Source of the DNA: SAR202 cluster bacterium | Lineage (GTDB): Bacteria; Chloroflexota; Dehalococcoidia; Lucifugimonadales; UBA826 | Assembly (NCBI GenBank): GCA_009392675.1 | Contig: VFFY01000114.1 | Span: 1 to 38,019, forward strand | Direction of reading: 5' to 3' | DNA length: 38,019 nt | Shown here: piece by piece, positions 19,283 through 28,116 of the stretch | Layout: each line of letters opens with the position of its first letter | How positions within the stretch are numbered: position 1 is the first letter of the stretch | The notes under the pieces: model-generated | Seen by the model: only the letters and a program-made list of their open reading frames with translations | Told to the model about the DNA's origin: nothing | Databases searched by the model: none | Position numbers and translations under genes: made by a program

Positions 19283-20386
19283 ATGCGACTGCAGAAGATT
19301 TCCAAGACTTCTTTTCTCATAGCTACAACCCTTTTAACCTTATTAATTACAGCATGCTATCCTGACCATAACCAGTCGACCTTCGACCCTCAAGGACCCG
19401 TGGCAGAAAGCCAGTTACATCTTTTCTGGTGGATATTTTGGGGAGGCTTGGTAGTTTTCGTGCTCGTAGAAGGTGCCCTTGTCTATGCAATGATTAAATT
19501 CAGGGTACGAAGCGAGTCTGACATCCCAGCTCAGACACACGGCAATACTAGATTAGAAATTATATGGACAGCTGTCCCCGCCTTACTCCTACTGATAATC
19601 ATGGTACCCACCATCAACGGCCTGTTCTATATGTATGAGGCTCCTAAAACCACCAAACCCGAGCACACCTTAGAAGCGATAGGACATCAATGGTGGTTTG
19701 AATTTAGATATCCAGATCCAACTAACTCAGAAAAAGAAATAGTTACTGCAAATGAAGTTTATATACCTGTGGGATACCCAGTTGCAATAAATTTAGAATC
19801 AGTAGATGTCATACACAGTTTCTGGGTACCTAAATTGGCAGGCAAAACCGACATGGTTCCATCCGAGGGAAATTTCATGTGGTTTCAAGCTGATGAACCG
19901 GGAGAATATTATGGGCAGTGCGCGGAATACTGTGGCACCTCACATGCAAACATGAAATTTAAAGTGATTGCCGTGCCTGAACCCGACTTCAAGTCGTGGC
20001 TACAAGTACAGTCTAACCCTGCATTGGAATCATCCGACCCTCTGGCACAGGAAGGTGCCGGGGTGTTCAAGAGTGCAGGATGCACCGGATGCCATGCTAC
20101 AAAAACTGTTGTGAATAAAGGTTCCAAAGGAAGGGTCGGTCCCAATCTAGCCCATGTGGCCTCTCGAAGAAATCTTGCAGCGGGTATGTTGAGAAATTCT
20201 GATGAAAATGGGTCGGTTAATGATGCCCTTTTACAGAAAAATCTAAGGACTTGGTTGCAAGATCCAAATGAAGTGAAGCCCGGGAATTTAATGTCTAGTG
20301 GTGCTCAGGTATACACCGATCCCGATAAGAAATTAACTGAAGAGCAGATATCCCAATTGGTACATTATCTGTCTTCATTGAAGTAA
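19283..20386 (+). CDS. ctaC: Cytochrome c oxidase subunit II with fused cytochrome c domain (caa3 type)
   Basis: 367 aa. It has a lipobox-like 'LITAC', the CuA site 'HSFWVP...CAEYCGTSHANM', and a C-terminal heme c motif 'CTGCH'. Confidence 0.92.
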   Translation: MRLQKISKTSFLIATTLLTLLITACYPDHNQSTFDPQGPVAESQLHLFWWIFWGGLVVFVLVEGALVYAMIKFRVRSESDIPAQTHGNTRLEIIWTAVPALLLLIIMVPTINGLFYMYEAPKTTKPEHTLEAIGHQWWFEFRYPDPTNSEKEIVTANEVYIPVGYPVAINLESVDVIHSFWVPKLAGKTDMVPSEGNFMWFQADEPGEYYGQCAEYCGTSHANMKFKVIAVPEPDFKSWLQVQSNPALESSDPLAQEGAGVFKSAGCTGCHATKTVVNKGSKGRVGPNLAHVASRRNLAAGMLRNSDENGSVNDALLQKNLRTWLQDPNEVKPGNLMSSGAQVYTDPDKKLTEEQISQLVHYLSSLK

Positions 20387-20423
20387 TTTGTTTAGTATCA
20401 CGAATCGAGCTGGAGGCTGCTAA

Positions 20424-22283
20424 GTGAGTACATTTCCAATATCAATACCGAGGCCCGTCCACCCGACTGGTATTTGGGGTTGGTTCACGACGGTCGATCA
20501 CAAGAGAATCGGCATTTTGTATGGGGTAACCGCCTTCATAATGTTCCTCACTGGTGGCGTAGAGGCGATTTTAATGAGGGTGCAATTAGCCGGCCCTGAA
20601 CTAGATATAGTGAGTGCTGCCGTATTCAACCAGCTCTTCACCATGCATGGAACCACCATGATATTTCTGGCGGTCATGCCTCTCTCAGCTGCTTTTTTTA
20701 ATTTCATCATACCCTTGCAAATAGGAGCACGTGACGTCGCTTTCCCCAGGTTGAACGCGTTCAGCTATTGGACTTTCCTTGCAGGGGCCTTGATGTTGAA
20801 ATTAAGCTGGATAGGGGGAGCTACTGATGCGGGTTGGTTTGGGTATGCACCTCTCACCTCCGTGGCTCAAAACCCAGGTACCGGAATAGATTTTTGGATA
20901 ATAAGTTTACAGATCCTTGGAATCGCCTCATTGGCCGCTTCATTCAATTTTATTGTAACGGTAATTAATATGAGAGCACCAGGAATGACAATGATGCGCC
21001 TTCCTCTATTTACCTGGATGAGCTTCATCACCGCAATTCTTTTAGTGTTAGCTTTCCCGGTTATCACTGTTGCTTTGATTGAACTTACATTTGACAGATA
21101 TTTCATGTTCAATTTCTTTAATGTGGCCAACGGAGGGAGTGTTGTGTTGTGGCAACATCTTTTCTGGGTATTTGGGCATCCGGAAGTGTACATTCTTATC
21201 CTGCCAGCGATGGGTATTGTTTCTGAAGTGCTACCTGTATTCTCCAAAAAGCCTTTATTTGGCTATAAAACAGTAGTTTTAGCAGGAATAATTATAGCGT
21301 TCATGGGATGGATGGTATGGAGCCACCACATGTTTACAGTTGGGCTTGGAGCTGTTGCAAATGCCGTTTTCACCGTTACGACCATGCTGATTGCAGTACC
21401 AACTGGAATCAAAGTATTTAATTGGCTTGGAACAATTTGGGGAGGATCCATTAGATTCACCACTCCGATGCTATTCTCGATAGGTTTTATCGCGATGTTC
21501 CTTATGGGAGGAATTAGTGGAGTGATGCACGCCGTATCGCCTTCAGATGCACAGCAACAAGATACTTATTTCATACCTGCTCACCTACATTACGTGTTGT
21601 TTGGCGGGGCAATAATGGGCATTCTATCCGGTATTTTCTACTGGTTTCCCAAATATTCGGGAAAAATGTACAGCGAGCGTCAAGGCAAGATCTCCTTTTG
21701 GCTGATTATGATAGGTCAGAACGTGACTTTCTTCCCAATGCATTTCGTCGGATTAGATGGCATGCCGCGAAGAATTTATACATATGCTGACAACATGGGA
21801 TGGAACTTTTGGAACGGTGTGACCACCGGAGGAGCGTTTATTCTTGTACTCGGGTTCCTTTTGGTATTGGATAATATTGGGAGGCACTGGAAAAACGGCG
21901 AACCAGCACCATCAGACCCCTGGGACGCAAGAACCTTGGAATGGTCCATACCATCACCGCCACCAGAATATAACTTCAAAGAAATCCCAATCGTTCGATC
22001 TCTCGACGATTGGTGGGCAACTAAGCAAGGTGGAGCCAATAAAGAAGTGCCGGCAAGTGGAGGATCCGAAGAAAACGGCCATGATATTCACCTGCCCCAG
22101 CCTTCATATTGGCCGTTTGTTTCAGCCGCCGGGCTGTTGATAGCAGCCTATGGAGTTGTATTCAACGATTTGCTAATCCCGTGGGGACTAGCAGCGATTG
22201 GTCTAACAATAGGATTTGTTGGTGTTTACGCATGGTCCCTTGAACCAGTAAATGATCCTGAAGAAGAAGACTCTACTCATTAA
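20424..22283 (+). CDS. ctaD: Cytochrome c oxidase subunit I (long form with two extra C-terminal TM helices)
   Basis: 619 aa with 'WVFGHPEVYILILP' and 'WSHHMFTVG'. The GTG start has SD GGAGG 7 nt upstream. The C-terminal extension is as in Bacillus-type CtaD. Confidence 0.95.
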   Translation: MSTFPISIPRPVHPTGIWGWFTTVDHKRIGILYGVTAFIMFLTGGVEAILMRVQLAGPELDIVSAAVFNQLFTMHGTTMIFLAVMPLSAAFFNFIIPLQIGARDVAFPRLNAFSYWTFLAGALMLKLSWIGGATDAGWFGYAPLTSVAQNPGTGIDFWIISLQILGIASLAASFNFIVTVINMRAPGMTMMRLPLFTWMSFITAILLVLAFPVITVALIELTFDRYFMFNFFNVANGGSVVLWQHLFWVFGHPEVYILILPAMGIVSEVLPVFSKKPLFGYKTVVLAGIIIAFMGWMVWSHHMFTVGLGAVANAVFTVTTMLIAVPTGIKVFNWLGTIWGGSIRFTTPMLFSIGFIAMFLMGGISGVMHAVSPSDAQQQDTYFIPAHLHYVLFGGAIMGILSGIFYWFPKYSGKMYSERQGKISFWLIMIGQNVTFFPMHFVGLDGMPRRIYTYADNMGWNFWNGVTTGGAFILVLGFLLVLDNIGRHWKNGEPAPSDPWDARTLEWSIPSPPPEYNFKEIPIVRSLDDWWATKQGGANKEVPASGGSEENGHDIHLPQPSYWPFVSAAGLLIAAYGVVFNDLLIPWGLAAIGLTIGFVGVYAWSLEPVNDPEEEDSTH

Positions 22284-22296
22284 GGAAGGTTCTCAA

Positions 22297-23022
22297 TTGG
22301 CACAGGAACACGCAGCTCCAATACACGGGAAAGACGAAGGTACCACAACCGGTCTTAGTCACCGAAAAATGCTCATGTGGGCATTTCTTGGCTCAGACTG
22401 CATGTTTTTTGGTTCCCTGATCGCAACATATTTGGTATACCAAGGCAAGAGTTTAGAGGGCCCTTTACCTATAGATGTGTTTGATATACCCGTTACTTCC
22501 ATTAGTACTTTCGTGCTTCTAATGAGTAGCATGAGTATGGTGCTTGCTTACTCGGCCTTAACAAAAAACAACATGAAGGGTTTCAGGATATGGCTGATAT
22601 CCACCGCAATAATGGGTGCAACCTTTATCGGATTTCAGGTTTATGAGTTCAGCAGTTTTGCGAACCACCATGTAGAAATTGACTGTGTTAGTCCAGGAGA
22701 ATTGACCAAATACGAACAACATATCTTTGATGACGGTTGTTCCTCCGGTGAAGCCCATGCCGAAAGTCATGAAGGGTTAAAACCCCAAACAAATCTATTT
22801 GGAACAACTTTCTATACCCTAACGGGTTTTCACGGTGCTCACGTTACATTGGGAATAGTCTGGCTTCTTTCGTTATTACTTTTATCATTTAAGAAGGGTG
22901 TCATAACCCCAGAGAAAAATTTGGACGTGGATCTGGCTGCGCTCTATTGGCACTTTGTTGACGTTGTATGGATAGTGATATTTACAGTCGTATACTTATT
23001 TGGAGTATTCCCGGGATTCTAA
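22297..23022 (+). CDS. ctaE: Cytochrome c oxidase subunit III (short, 5-TM type)
   Basis: 'FYTLTGFHGAHVTLG' and 'YWHFVDVVWI' are present. I place the start at TTG 22297, with SD AAGGAAGG 7 nt upstream, just after the ctaD stop. The ORF-track start at 22252 lies inside ctaD. Confidence 0.85.
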   Translation: MAQEHAAPIHGKDEGTTTGLSHRKMLMWAFLGSDCMFFGSLIATYLVYQGKSLEGPLPIDVFDIPVTSISTFVLLMSSMSMVLAYSALTKNNMKGFRIWLISTAIMGATFIGFQVYEFSSFANHHVEIDCVSPGELTKYEQHIFDDGCSSGEAHAESHEGLKPQTNLFGTTFYTLTGFHGAHVTLGIVWLLSLLLLSFKKGVITPEKNLDVDLAALYWHFVDVVWIVIFTVVYLFGVFPGF

Positions 23023-23041
23023 TGGTACATTGGGAGATAAC

Positions 23042-23347
23042 ATGAGTCAGGAACTTTCTGAAGAGGAACATACAGGGCACCCAACAGCTGGGCAATATTT
23101 CCGCATAGCAGTAATTTTATGTGCCATAACAGCCGTAGAAATTGGAATATTCTATCTTGAGGTCATCGGACACTGGATGATTCCAATATTGTTCACATTG
23201 TCGGCCGGTAAATTCGCCTTGGTTGCCATGTATTACATGCATTTGAAATTCGATCACAACCTTTTTTCGTACATGTTTGTCGGCGGTTTCATATTAGCTG
23301 CATGTGTTATTAGTTTTCTAATACTACTTTTTGGTGTATATTCCTAA
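23042..23347 (+). CDS. ctaF: Cytochrome c oxidase subunit IV (bacterial caa3 type)
   Basis: 101 aa from ATG 23042 (SD GGGAG upstream). It has three hydrophobic helices and 'YYMHLKFD', typical of the prokaryotic subunit IV family. Confidence 0.8.
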   Translation: MSQELSEEEHTGHPTAGQYFRIAVILCAITAVEIGIFYLEVIGHWMIPILFTLSAGKFALVAMYYMHLKFDHNLFSYMFVGGFILAACVISFLILLFGVYS

Positions 23348-23383
23348 CCTCCCCAAACTGAAACCAAACACCAAATTTCACAC

Positions 23384-24232
23384 ATGTCGCCTTTAGGTTT
23401 TTCTGACTCAATATGGTTGCACTGGCACCCTCATTTAGAGGTTGTACTCGGTCTGATATTGGTTCAATGCGCCTACCTGTATGGAATCGGGCCATACCGA
23501 AGAAGACAAACTGATTCCCCCGAAATAAATCCCCGTCAGACTATTATGTTTACCCTCGGGACCTTCGTTATCTTCCTTTCGCTGACCTCCCCTCTACACA
23601 TATTAAGTGATCATTACTTGTTCAGTGCCCACATGTTGCAACATGTTCTTATAACACTTATATGTCCTCCTCTTCTAATTGTGGGAACGCCTGGCTGGCT
23701 GGCGTCAAAGCTCTTCCAACATAGATGGTCTATCTCAGTTTTCAGGAGAATTTTTCATCCACTCGGTGCTGTTGTGATATTCAACATAATTTTTTCAATG
23801 TGGCATTTACCAATTCTGTATAATCTTTCAGTCAGTTACCACTGGGTACATATCCTAGAACATTCACTCTTCATATCCGCCTCTATCGTAATGTGGTGGC
23901 CTATTTGCAGTCAGGTGCAGTCTATCCCAAAGCTGCCTTACCCAATACAAATGTTATATCTTTTTGTTATGTCATTAGCTCAAATTATAGTATTTGGGAT
24001 AATCACCTTCGCTAGAGAACCAATTTATCAGCACTACATTGATGCTCCGCGAATTTGGAATATAAGTCCACTTGTAGATCAGCAACTTGGGGGAATCATA
24101 ATGAAAGTGGGAAGTGGCTTCCTCTTCCTCTTCCTGATGATAATCGCTTTCTTCAAATGGTTCGACGAAGATTCCAATTCCGAGGAAACAGCGTATAATG
24201 AGCAGGATTCTACAGAACGGGAGTTGCAATGA
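23384..24232 (+). CDS. ctaG: Cytochrome c oxidase assembly factor CtaG (Caa3_CtaG family)
   Basis: 282 aa polytopic membrane protein with 'SAHMLQHVLITLICPPLL' and 'WHLP'-type motifs. It occupies the Bacillus-like position after ctaF. Confidence 0.8.
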   Translation: MSPLGFSDSIWLHWHPHLEVVLGLILVQCAYLYGIGPYRRRQTDSPEINPRQTIMFTLGTFVIFLSLTSPLHILSDHYLFSAHMLQHVLITLICPPLLIVGTPGWLASKLFQHRWSISVFRRIFHPLGAVVIFNIIFSMWHLPILYNLSVSYHWVHILEHSLFISASIVMWWPICSQVQSIPKLPYPIQMLYLFVMSLAQIIVFGIITFAREPIYQHYIDAPRIWNISPLVDQQLGGIIMKVGSGFLFLFLMIIAFFKWFDEDSNSEETAYNEQDSTERELQ

Positions 24233-24432
24233 ACAAAGTTACCTTAGCTCTAGTGGTACCCTTAGCCTCTTTCGCCATGATAGCGGTATTTGCCATAACC
24301 CTTGGCTTCACCTTCTATCAAATACATCACAATACCAGTTTAGGTACGATCGGAGTTATCGCTATTGGGGTATCACTATTGATCCTCACTCCTTTGGTGG
24401 CCTTTCTTCTCGAAAAAAAGACATCTCCATAA
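24229..24432 (+). CDS. Small 2-TM membrane protein of unknown function
   Basis: 67 aa with two strongly hydrophobic helices separated by 'YQIHHNTS'. Its ATG overlaps the ctaG TGA (ATGA). The alternative overlapping frame (24198-24440) is not protein-like. Confidence 0.55.
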   Translation: MNKVTLALVVPLASFAMIAVFAITLGFTFYQIHHNTSLGTIGVIAIGVSLLILTPLVAFLLEKKTSP

Positions 24433-24440
24433 AAGCTTTA

Positions 24441-25085
24441 TTGCTCCGGGCCCGATATTCTCATCGTAATAACAAAAGCCTTCATTTTCTCACTTTACTA
24501 TTGGTAGTGGCTTTTTCTCTTACTTATCTACTTGGATGCAGTTCCCCAAATAACTCTGAATTATACGGAACAGCTCTCAACAATCATGACGGATCAAGAT
24601 TCTCCTTATTTGATGAGAACGATTTGGAAGTAACAGACCGGACCCACTTAGGCCAAGTGCATTTAATCACTTTTTTATTTGCAAATTGCTCCAGCCTTTG
24701 TCCGTTGGTAACATCAAGCATAAAGCAATCCCTAGAAAGGTCAGAAGACATACGAAACACTCCTGTCTTAGTAATTTCAGTTGACCCAAAGGGAGACACC
24801 GTTGAATCCAGGATTGCCTTCAAAAATAGATGGGAACTTTCATCGACGTGGCGTTATCTCAATGGAAATGAAAAGGAATTGGAATCTATTTGGAAGAATT
24901 TTTACCTAAACCCACAAGAATCCGCTATTGAATCCCTTAACAGTCAAATGGGCAGAAAGTACGACATTGTACATTCCTCTCCCGTTTACATAGTAGATGA
25001 CGAAGGCCGACCAGCAGTGGTACACACGAACCCAATAAATCCTGACCATTTATATGAGGATCTTATTCGAATTTCAAAACGTTGA
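24441..25085 (+). CDS. SCO1/SenC copper chaperone lipoprotein
   Basis: The thioredoxin-fold copper motif 'CSSLCP' (CxxxC) and a distal His ('VHSSPVY') are present. An in-frame TTG at 24441 gives a classic lipoprotein signal 'MLRARYSHRNNKSLHFLTLLLVVAFSLTYLLGC'. Confidence 0.8.
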   Translation: MLRARYSHRNNKSLHFLTLLLVVAFSLTYLLGCSSPNNSELYGTALNNHDGSRFSLFDENDLEVTDRTHLGQVHLITFLFANCSSLCPLVTSSIKQSLERSEDIRNTPVLVISVDPKGDTVESRIAFKNRWELSSTWRYLNGNEKELESIWKNFYLNPQESAIESLNSQMGRKYDIVHSSPVYIVDDEGRPAVVHTNPINPDHLYEDLIRISKR

Positions 25086-25109
25086 AGATAGGCCCGTTAA
25101 CTTAAATAT

Positions 25110-25472
25110 CTAGGCTGCCTCAAGAGCAGTTTTAGCGCTTTCTACGACACCAGTGAATGATTCTGGGTTGCTGATAGCCATCTCGGCCAGCATTTTGCGA
25201 TTGATATCAATGCCTGCCAATTTTAGTCCGTAGATCAATTTACTGTATGTGATTTCATTTGATCGAGCTGCTGCATTTATCCTGATGTTCCATAAACGCC
25301 GCATATCTCCCTTTTTCTTCTTTCTATGGTCATATGAATATTGCAGTGCATGTATCATTGATTCATGAGCACGCCTATAAAGGGTATGGCGAACACCTTG
25401 ATGACCTTTAGTCATATTCAATATTTTTTTATGTCTACGGCGTCTCGTTATGCCGGTTCTAACTCTAGTCAC
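25110..25472 (-). CDS. rplT: 50S ribosomal protein L20
   Basis: 120 aa starting 'MTRVRTGITRRRRHKKIL'. GTG start with SD AGGAG upstream. Confidence 0.95.
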   Translation of the reverse strand: MTRVRTGITRRRRHKKILNMTKGHQGVRHTLYRRAHESMIHALQYSYDHRKKKKGDMRRLWNIRINAAARSNEITYSKLIYGLKLAGIDINRKMLAEMAISNPESFTGVVESAKTALEAA

Positions 25473-25499
25473 CTAAAGATCTCCTGTCTGAAATTACGA

Positions 25500-25700
25500 T
25501 TATTTACTGTATGGGAGCAGTTTCTTAAGTCGAGGTACGTCAGATTCGCTAACAGGCAATGTGCCCGAGTACAATCTTTTCACACTTTTTGGTTTTTTCC
25601 TGCGCAGGTGGCTTCTCAGACCTTTCATCCTCATCAGTTTTCCTGACCCTGTGACTTTGAAACGTCTCTTGGCACCTTTATGAGTTTTAAGTTTTGGCAC
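25500..25700 (-). CDS. rpmI: 50S ribosomal protein L35
   Basis: 66 aa starting 'MPKLKTHKGAKRRFKVTGSGK'. It overlaps the infC 3' end by 14 nt. Confidence 0.95.
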   Translation of the reverse strand: MPKLKTHKGAKRRFKVTGSGKLMRMKGLRSHLRRKKPKSVKRLYSGTLPVSESDVPRLKKLLPYSK

Positions 25701-26253
25701 TTTCTGGTTCCCTATTATTTTTATTCTTTTTTAAGGACGGACTTGGTGCCAAAATCATGGCTAAAAATCTGCCTTCAAAAGAGGGGGCTTTTTCCAACAA
25801 TGCATCTTCCTGTAAATCTTCTGCCACATTTTTAAGCAAAGCCATTCCTATTTGAGGATGTTGCACCTCCCGCCCTCTAAACATAACTGAAACACGCACC
25901 TTTGAGCCCTCAGTTAGAAGTCTTTTCACTAATCTAGTTTTGGCTTCCCTGTCATGGTCTCCAATTCGGGTCTTCATCCGTACTTCTCGCACAGAATTAT
26001 TAGATTTGGTTTTGGAGGCTTTTCTGGCTTCACGTTCTTTACGAGTAGCTTCATACCTGAATTTCCCGTAATTCAACAATCGACAAACAGGAGGATTGGC
26101 TGATGGTGCGACCTCCACGAGATCCAAGCCCTTCTCTGTCGCCATTTCTAGTGCCTTGTCGGTAGTCAACTCACCCAGTTGATTTCCCTTGTCATCAACA
26201 ACCAGTACAACTTGGGCAGTTATTTGATCGTTAACTCGATAATTTTTAGGTAT
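25687..26253 (-). CDS. infC: Translation initiation factor IF-3, probable non-canonical AUA start
   Basis: IF3 N- and C-domains are present ('VNDQITAQVVLVVDDKGNQLG', 'PPVCRLLNYGKFRYE'). SD AAAGGGGA lies 6 nt upstream of ATA at 26253. Homology to IF3 begins exactly there. The ORF-track GTG at 26319 adds 22 non-IF3-like residues. Confidence 0.85.
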   Translation of the reverse strand: MPKNYRVNDQITAQVVLVVDDKGNQLGELTTDKALEMATEKGLDLVEVAPSANPPVCRLLNYGKFRYEATRKEREARKASKTKSNNSVREVRMKTRIGDHDREAKTRLVKRLLTEGSKVRVSVMFRGREVQHPQIGMALLKNVAEDLQEDALLEKAPSFEGRFLAMILAPSPSLKKNKNNREPESAKT

Positions 26254-26307
26254 GTTACTTCCCCTTTTACAAAATAAATAGTCCAGTGAATACACTGAAC
26301 CACTATG

Positions 26308-26336
26308 AATATAGCACACCCAGAGTGGGTGATCAA
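26308..26336 (-). promoter_or_regulatory. Candidate promoter for infC-rpmI-rplT
   Basis: On the minus strand: -35 TTGATC (26331-26336), a 17-nt spacer, and -10 TATATT (26308-26313). It sits just after the thrS stop. Confidence 0.4.
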
Positions 26337-26357
26337 CAAAATTAGATAACAGTTCTT

Positions 26358-28106
26358 TTAGGTGATTTTATCCTCCACCTCAGAAGAAATTCTTTTTTTT
26401 ATTTCATTTAAGGAAAAGGCCCCTAAGTCCTCTCCTGATCTCAATCTTACTCCAACGCTTTCCGATTCTACTTCCCTATCCCCCACTATAAACATATATG
26501 GTACTTTAGCCATTTGAGCATCCCGAACCTTAGCATTCATTCGTTCACTGCGAGAATCTACGCCGGATCTTATTCCACTTTCTGACAATTCGCTGTGCAG
26601 GAAGGTAGCATAGTCAATATGCCTGTCAGCAATTGGGATGATTTGAACTTGTATTGGCGCCAGCCAGGTAGGAAAAGCTCCGCCATAATGTTCGATTAAT
26701 ATTCCCATAAATCTTTCCAGGGACCCAAAAATGGCTCTATGCACCATAAAAGGCTGGTGGGAACCACCGTCCTCTCCTATATAAGTTAACCCGAATCGCT
26801 CAGGTAAATTAAAATCAAATTGGACAGTAGTACACTGCCAGGATCTACCTATTGCATCTCTAATATTTACATCGATTTTAGGTCCGTAGAAAGCTCCTCC
26901 AGCCTCTTCAATTTGGTAATCTAACCCCTTAGAATCTAAGGTTTTCATAAGAGATTTTTCTGCCAATTGCCACTGCTCATCTGACCCCACTGCTTTATCG
27001 GGTTTAGTGGACAAGTTCAAAGTAAAATCATCAAATCCAAAGGCTTCCATTAAATCGAATGTAAGATCCAAAACGCCGTCTATTTCTGTCTCGATCTGAT
27101 CTGGGGTACAGAATATATGTGCATCGTCTTGGGTAAATCCTCTAACACGAAGCATTCCATGAAGTGTACCTCCTCTCTCATAGCGATAAACTGTACCTAA
27201 TTCACCTATTTTCATTGGCAAATCACGATAACTACGCAAAGATGATTTGTAATACATAATGTGGAAAGGGCAGTTCATTGGTTTTAAATAGTAATTTTGC
27301 CCGTCTGTTTCAACAGGAGGGAACATGTTTTCTTGAAAAAAATCTAGATGCCCGCTGGTTTGCCACAAATTTTCCCGCCCAATGTTGGGCGTATATATAA
27401 GGTCGTAGCCTCTGCTATAGTGCTCCTTTCGCCAGAAATCTTCAAAAATACTTCTTACCCTGGCTCCCTTTGGATGCCAAATTATCAAGCCAGGTCCAGT
27501 TTCCTCGTGGATGGAAAATAAATCTAATTCTTTTCCTAGCGTCCTATGGTCCCTACGTTGAGCTTCCTTAAGCCTTGAAAGATGTTCATCCAAAGTATCT
27601 TGACTTTCAAATGCTGTCCCATATATCCGTTGTAGCATCTGACGATTCTCGTCACCCCTCCAGTAGGCTCCGGCGACAGTTAAGAGCTTAAAAGCAGGTA
27701 TTTTACCCGTAGATTCTACGTGAGGCCCTGCGCATAAATCTTCAAATTCCCCATGGCTATACGTACTAATTACCTCTTGTTCCGGGATATCGGATATCAC
27801 CTCTAATTTGAGAGGTTCTGACTGATTCATAACCGATATCTGCTCCCTAGTATATTCGGCATAAATGAACGGTAAATCCTTGGATACGACTTTTTCCATA
27901 GCTGCTTCGATTTTTTTCAGATCTTCATCCGAAAAAGGAGTGTCGACCATGAAGTCATAATAAAATCCATCCTCAGTAGGAGGTCCTATGGCAAGTTTTA
28001 CCTCAGGATAAAGTTGAGTGACAACATCTGCCATCACATGGGCAGTGGAGTGCCTAATCCTCTCTCTCAAATTTTTCAGTTCTTCAGAATTCATGCATAC
28101 ACCCAA
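26358..28106 (-). CDS. thrS: Threonine--tRNA ligase (short form lacking the N-terminal TGS domain)
   Basis: 582 aa. It begins at the editing/SAD region ('HSTAHVMA...GFYYDF'), followed by the class II core ('TVYRYERGG', 'GAFYGPKID') and an anticodon-binding domain. The start is TTG 28106 or ATG 28094. Confidence 0.92.
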   Translation of the reverse strand: MGVCMNSEELKNLRERIRHSTAHVMADVVTQLYPEVKLAIGPPTEDGFYYDFMVDTPFSDEDLKKIEAAMEKVVSKDLPFIYAEYTREQISVMNQSEPLKLEVISDIPEQEVISTYSHGEFEDLCAGPHVESTGKIPAFKLLTVAGAYWRGDENRQMLQRIYGTAFESQDTLDEHLSRLKEAQRRDHRTLGKELDLFSIHEETGPGLIIWHPKGARVRSIFEDFWRKEHYSRGYDLIYTPNIGRENLWQTSGHLDFFQENMFPPVETDGQNYYLKPMNCPFHIMYYKSSLRSYRDLPMKIGELGTVYRYERGGTLHGMLRVRGFTQDDAHIFCTPDQIETEIDGVLDLTFDLMEAFGFDDFTLNLSTKPDKAVGSDEQWQLAEKSLMKTLDSKGLDYQIEEAGGAFYGPKIDVNIRDAIGRSWQCTTVQFDFNLPERFGLTYIGEDGGSHQPFMVHRAIFGSLERFMGILIEHYGGAFPTWLAPIQVQIIPIADRHIDYATFLHSELSESGIRSGVDSRSERMNAKVRDAQMAKVPYMFIVGDREVESESVGVRLRSGEDLGAFSLNEIKKRISSEVEDKIT

Positions 28107-28116
28107 TCAGATTTCA

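Noticed and set aside
22252-22296. ORF-track start of ctaE inside ctaD
   Set aside because: A TTG at 22297 with SD AAGGAAGG directly after the ctaD stop is a much better initiation site. The extension 'MILKKKTLLIKEGSQ' is read from ctaD coding sequence in another frame.
24198-24440. N-terminal 81-codon extension of the sco1 ORF
   Set aside because: The translation is not protein-like. It overlaps the ctaG 3' end and the hydrophobic 67-aa ORF. An in-frame TTG at 24441 yields a textbook lipoprotein signal peptide.
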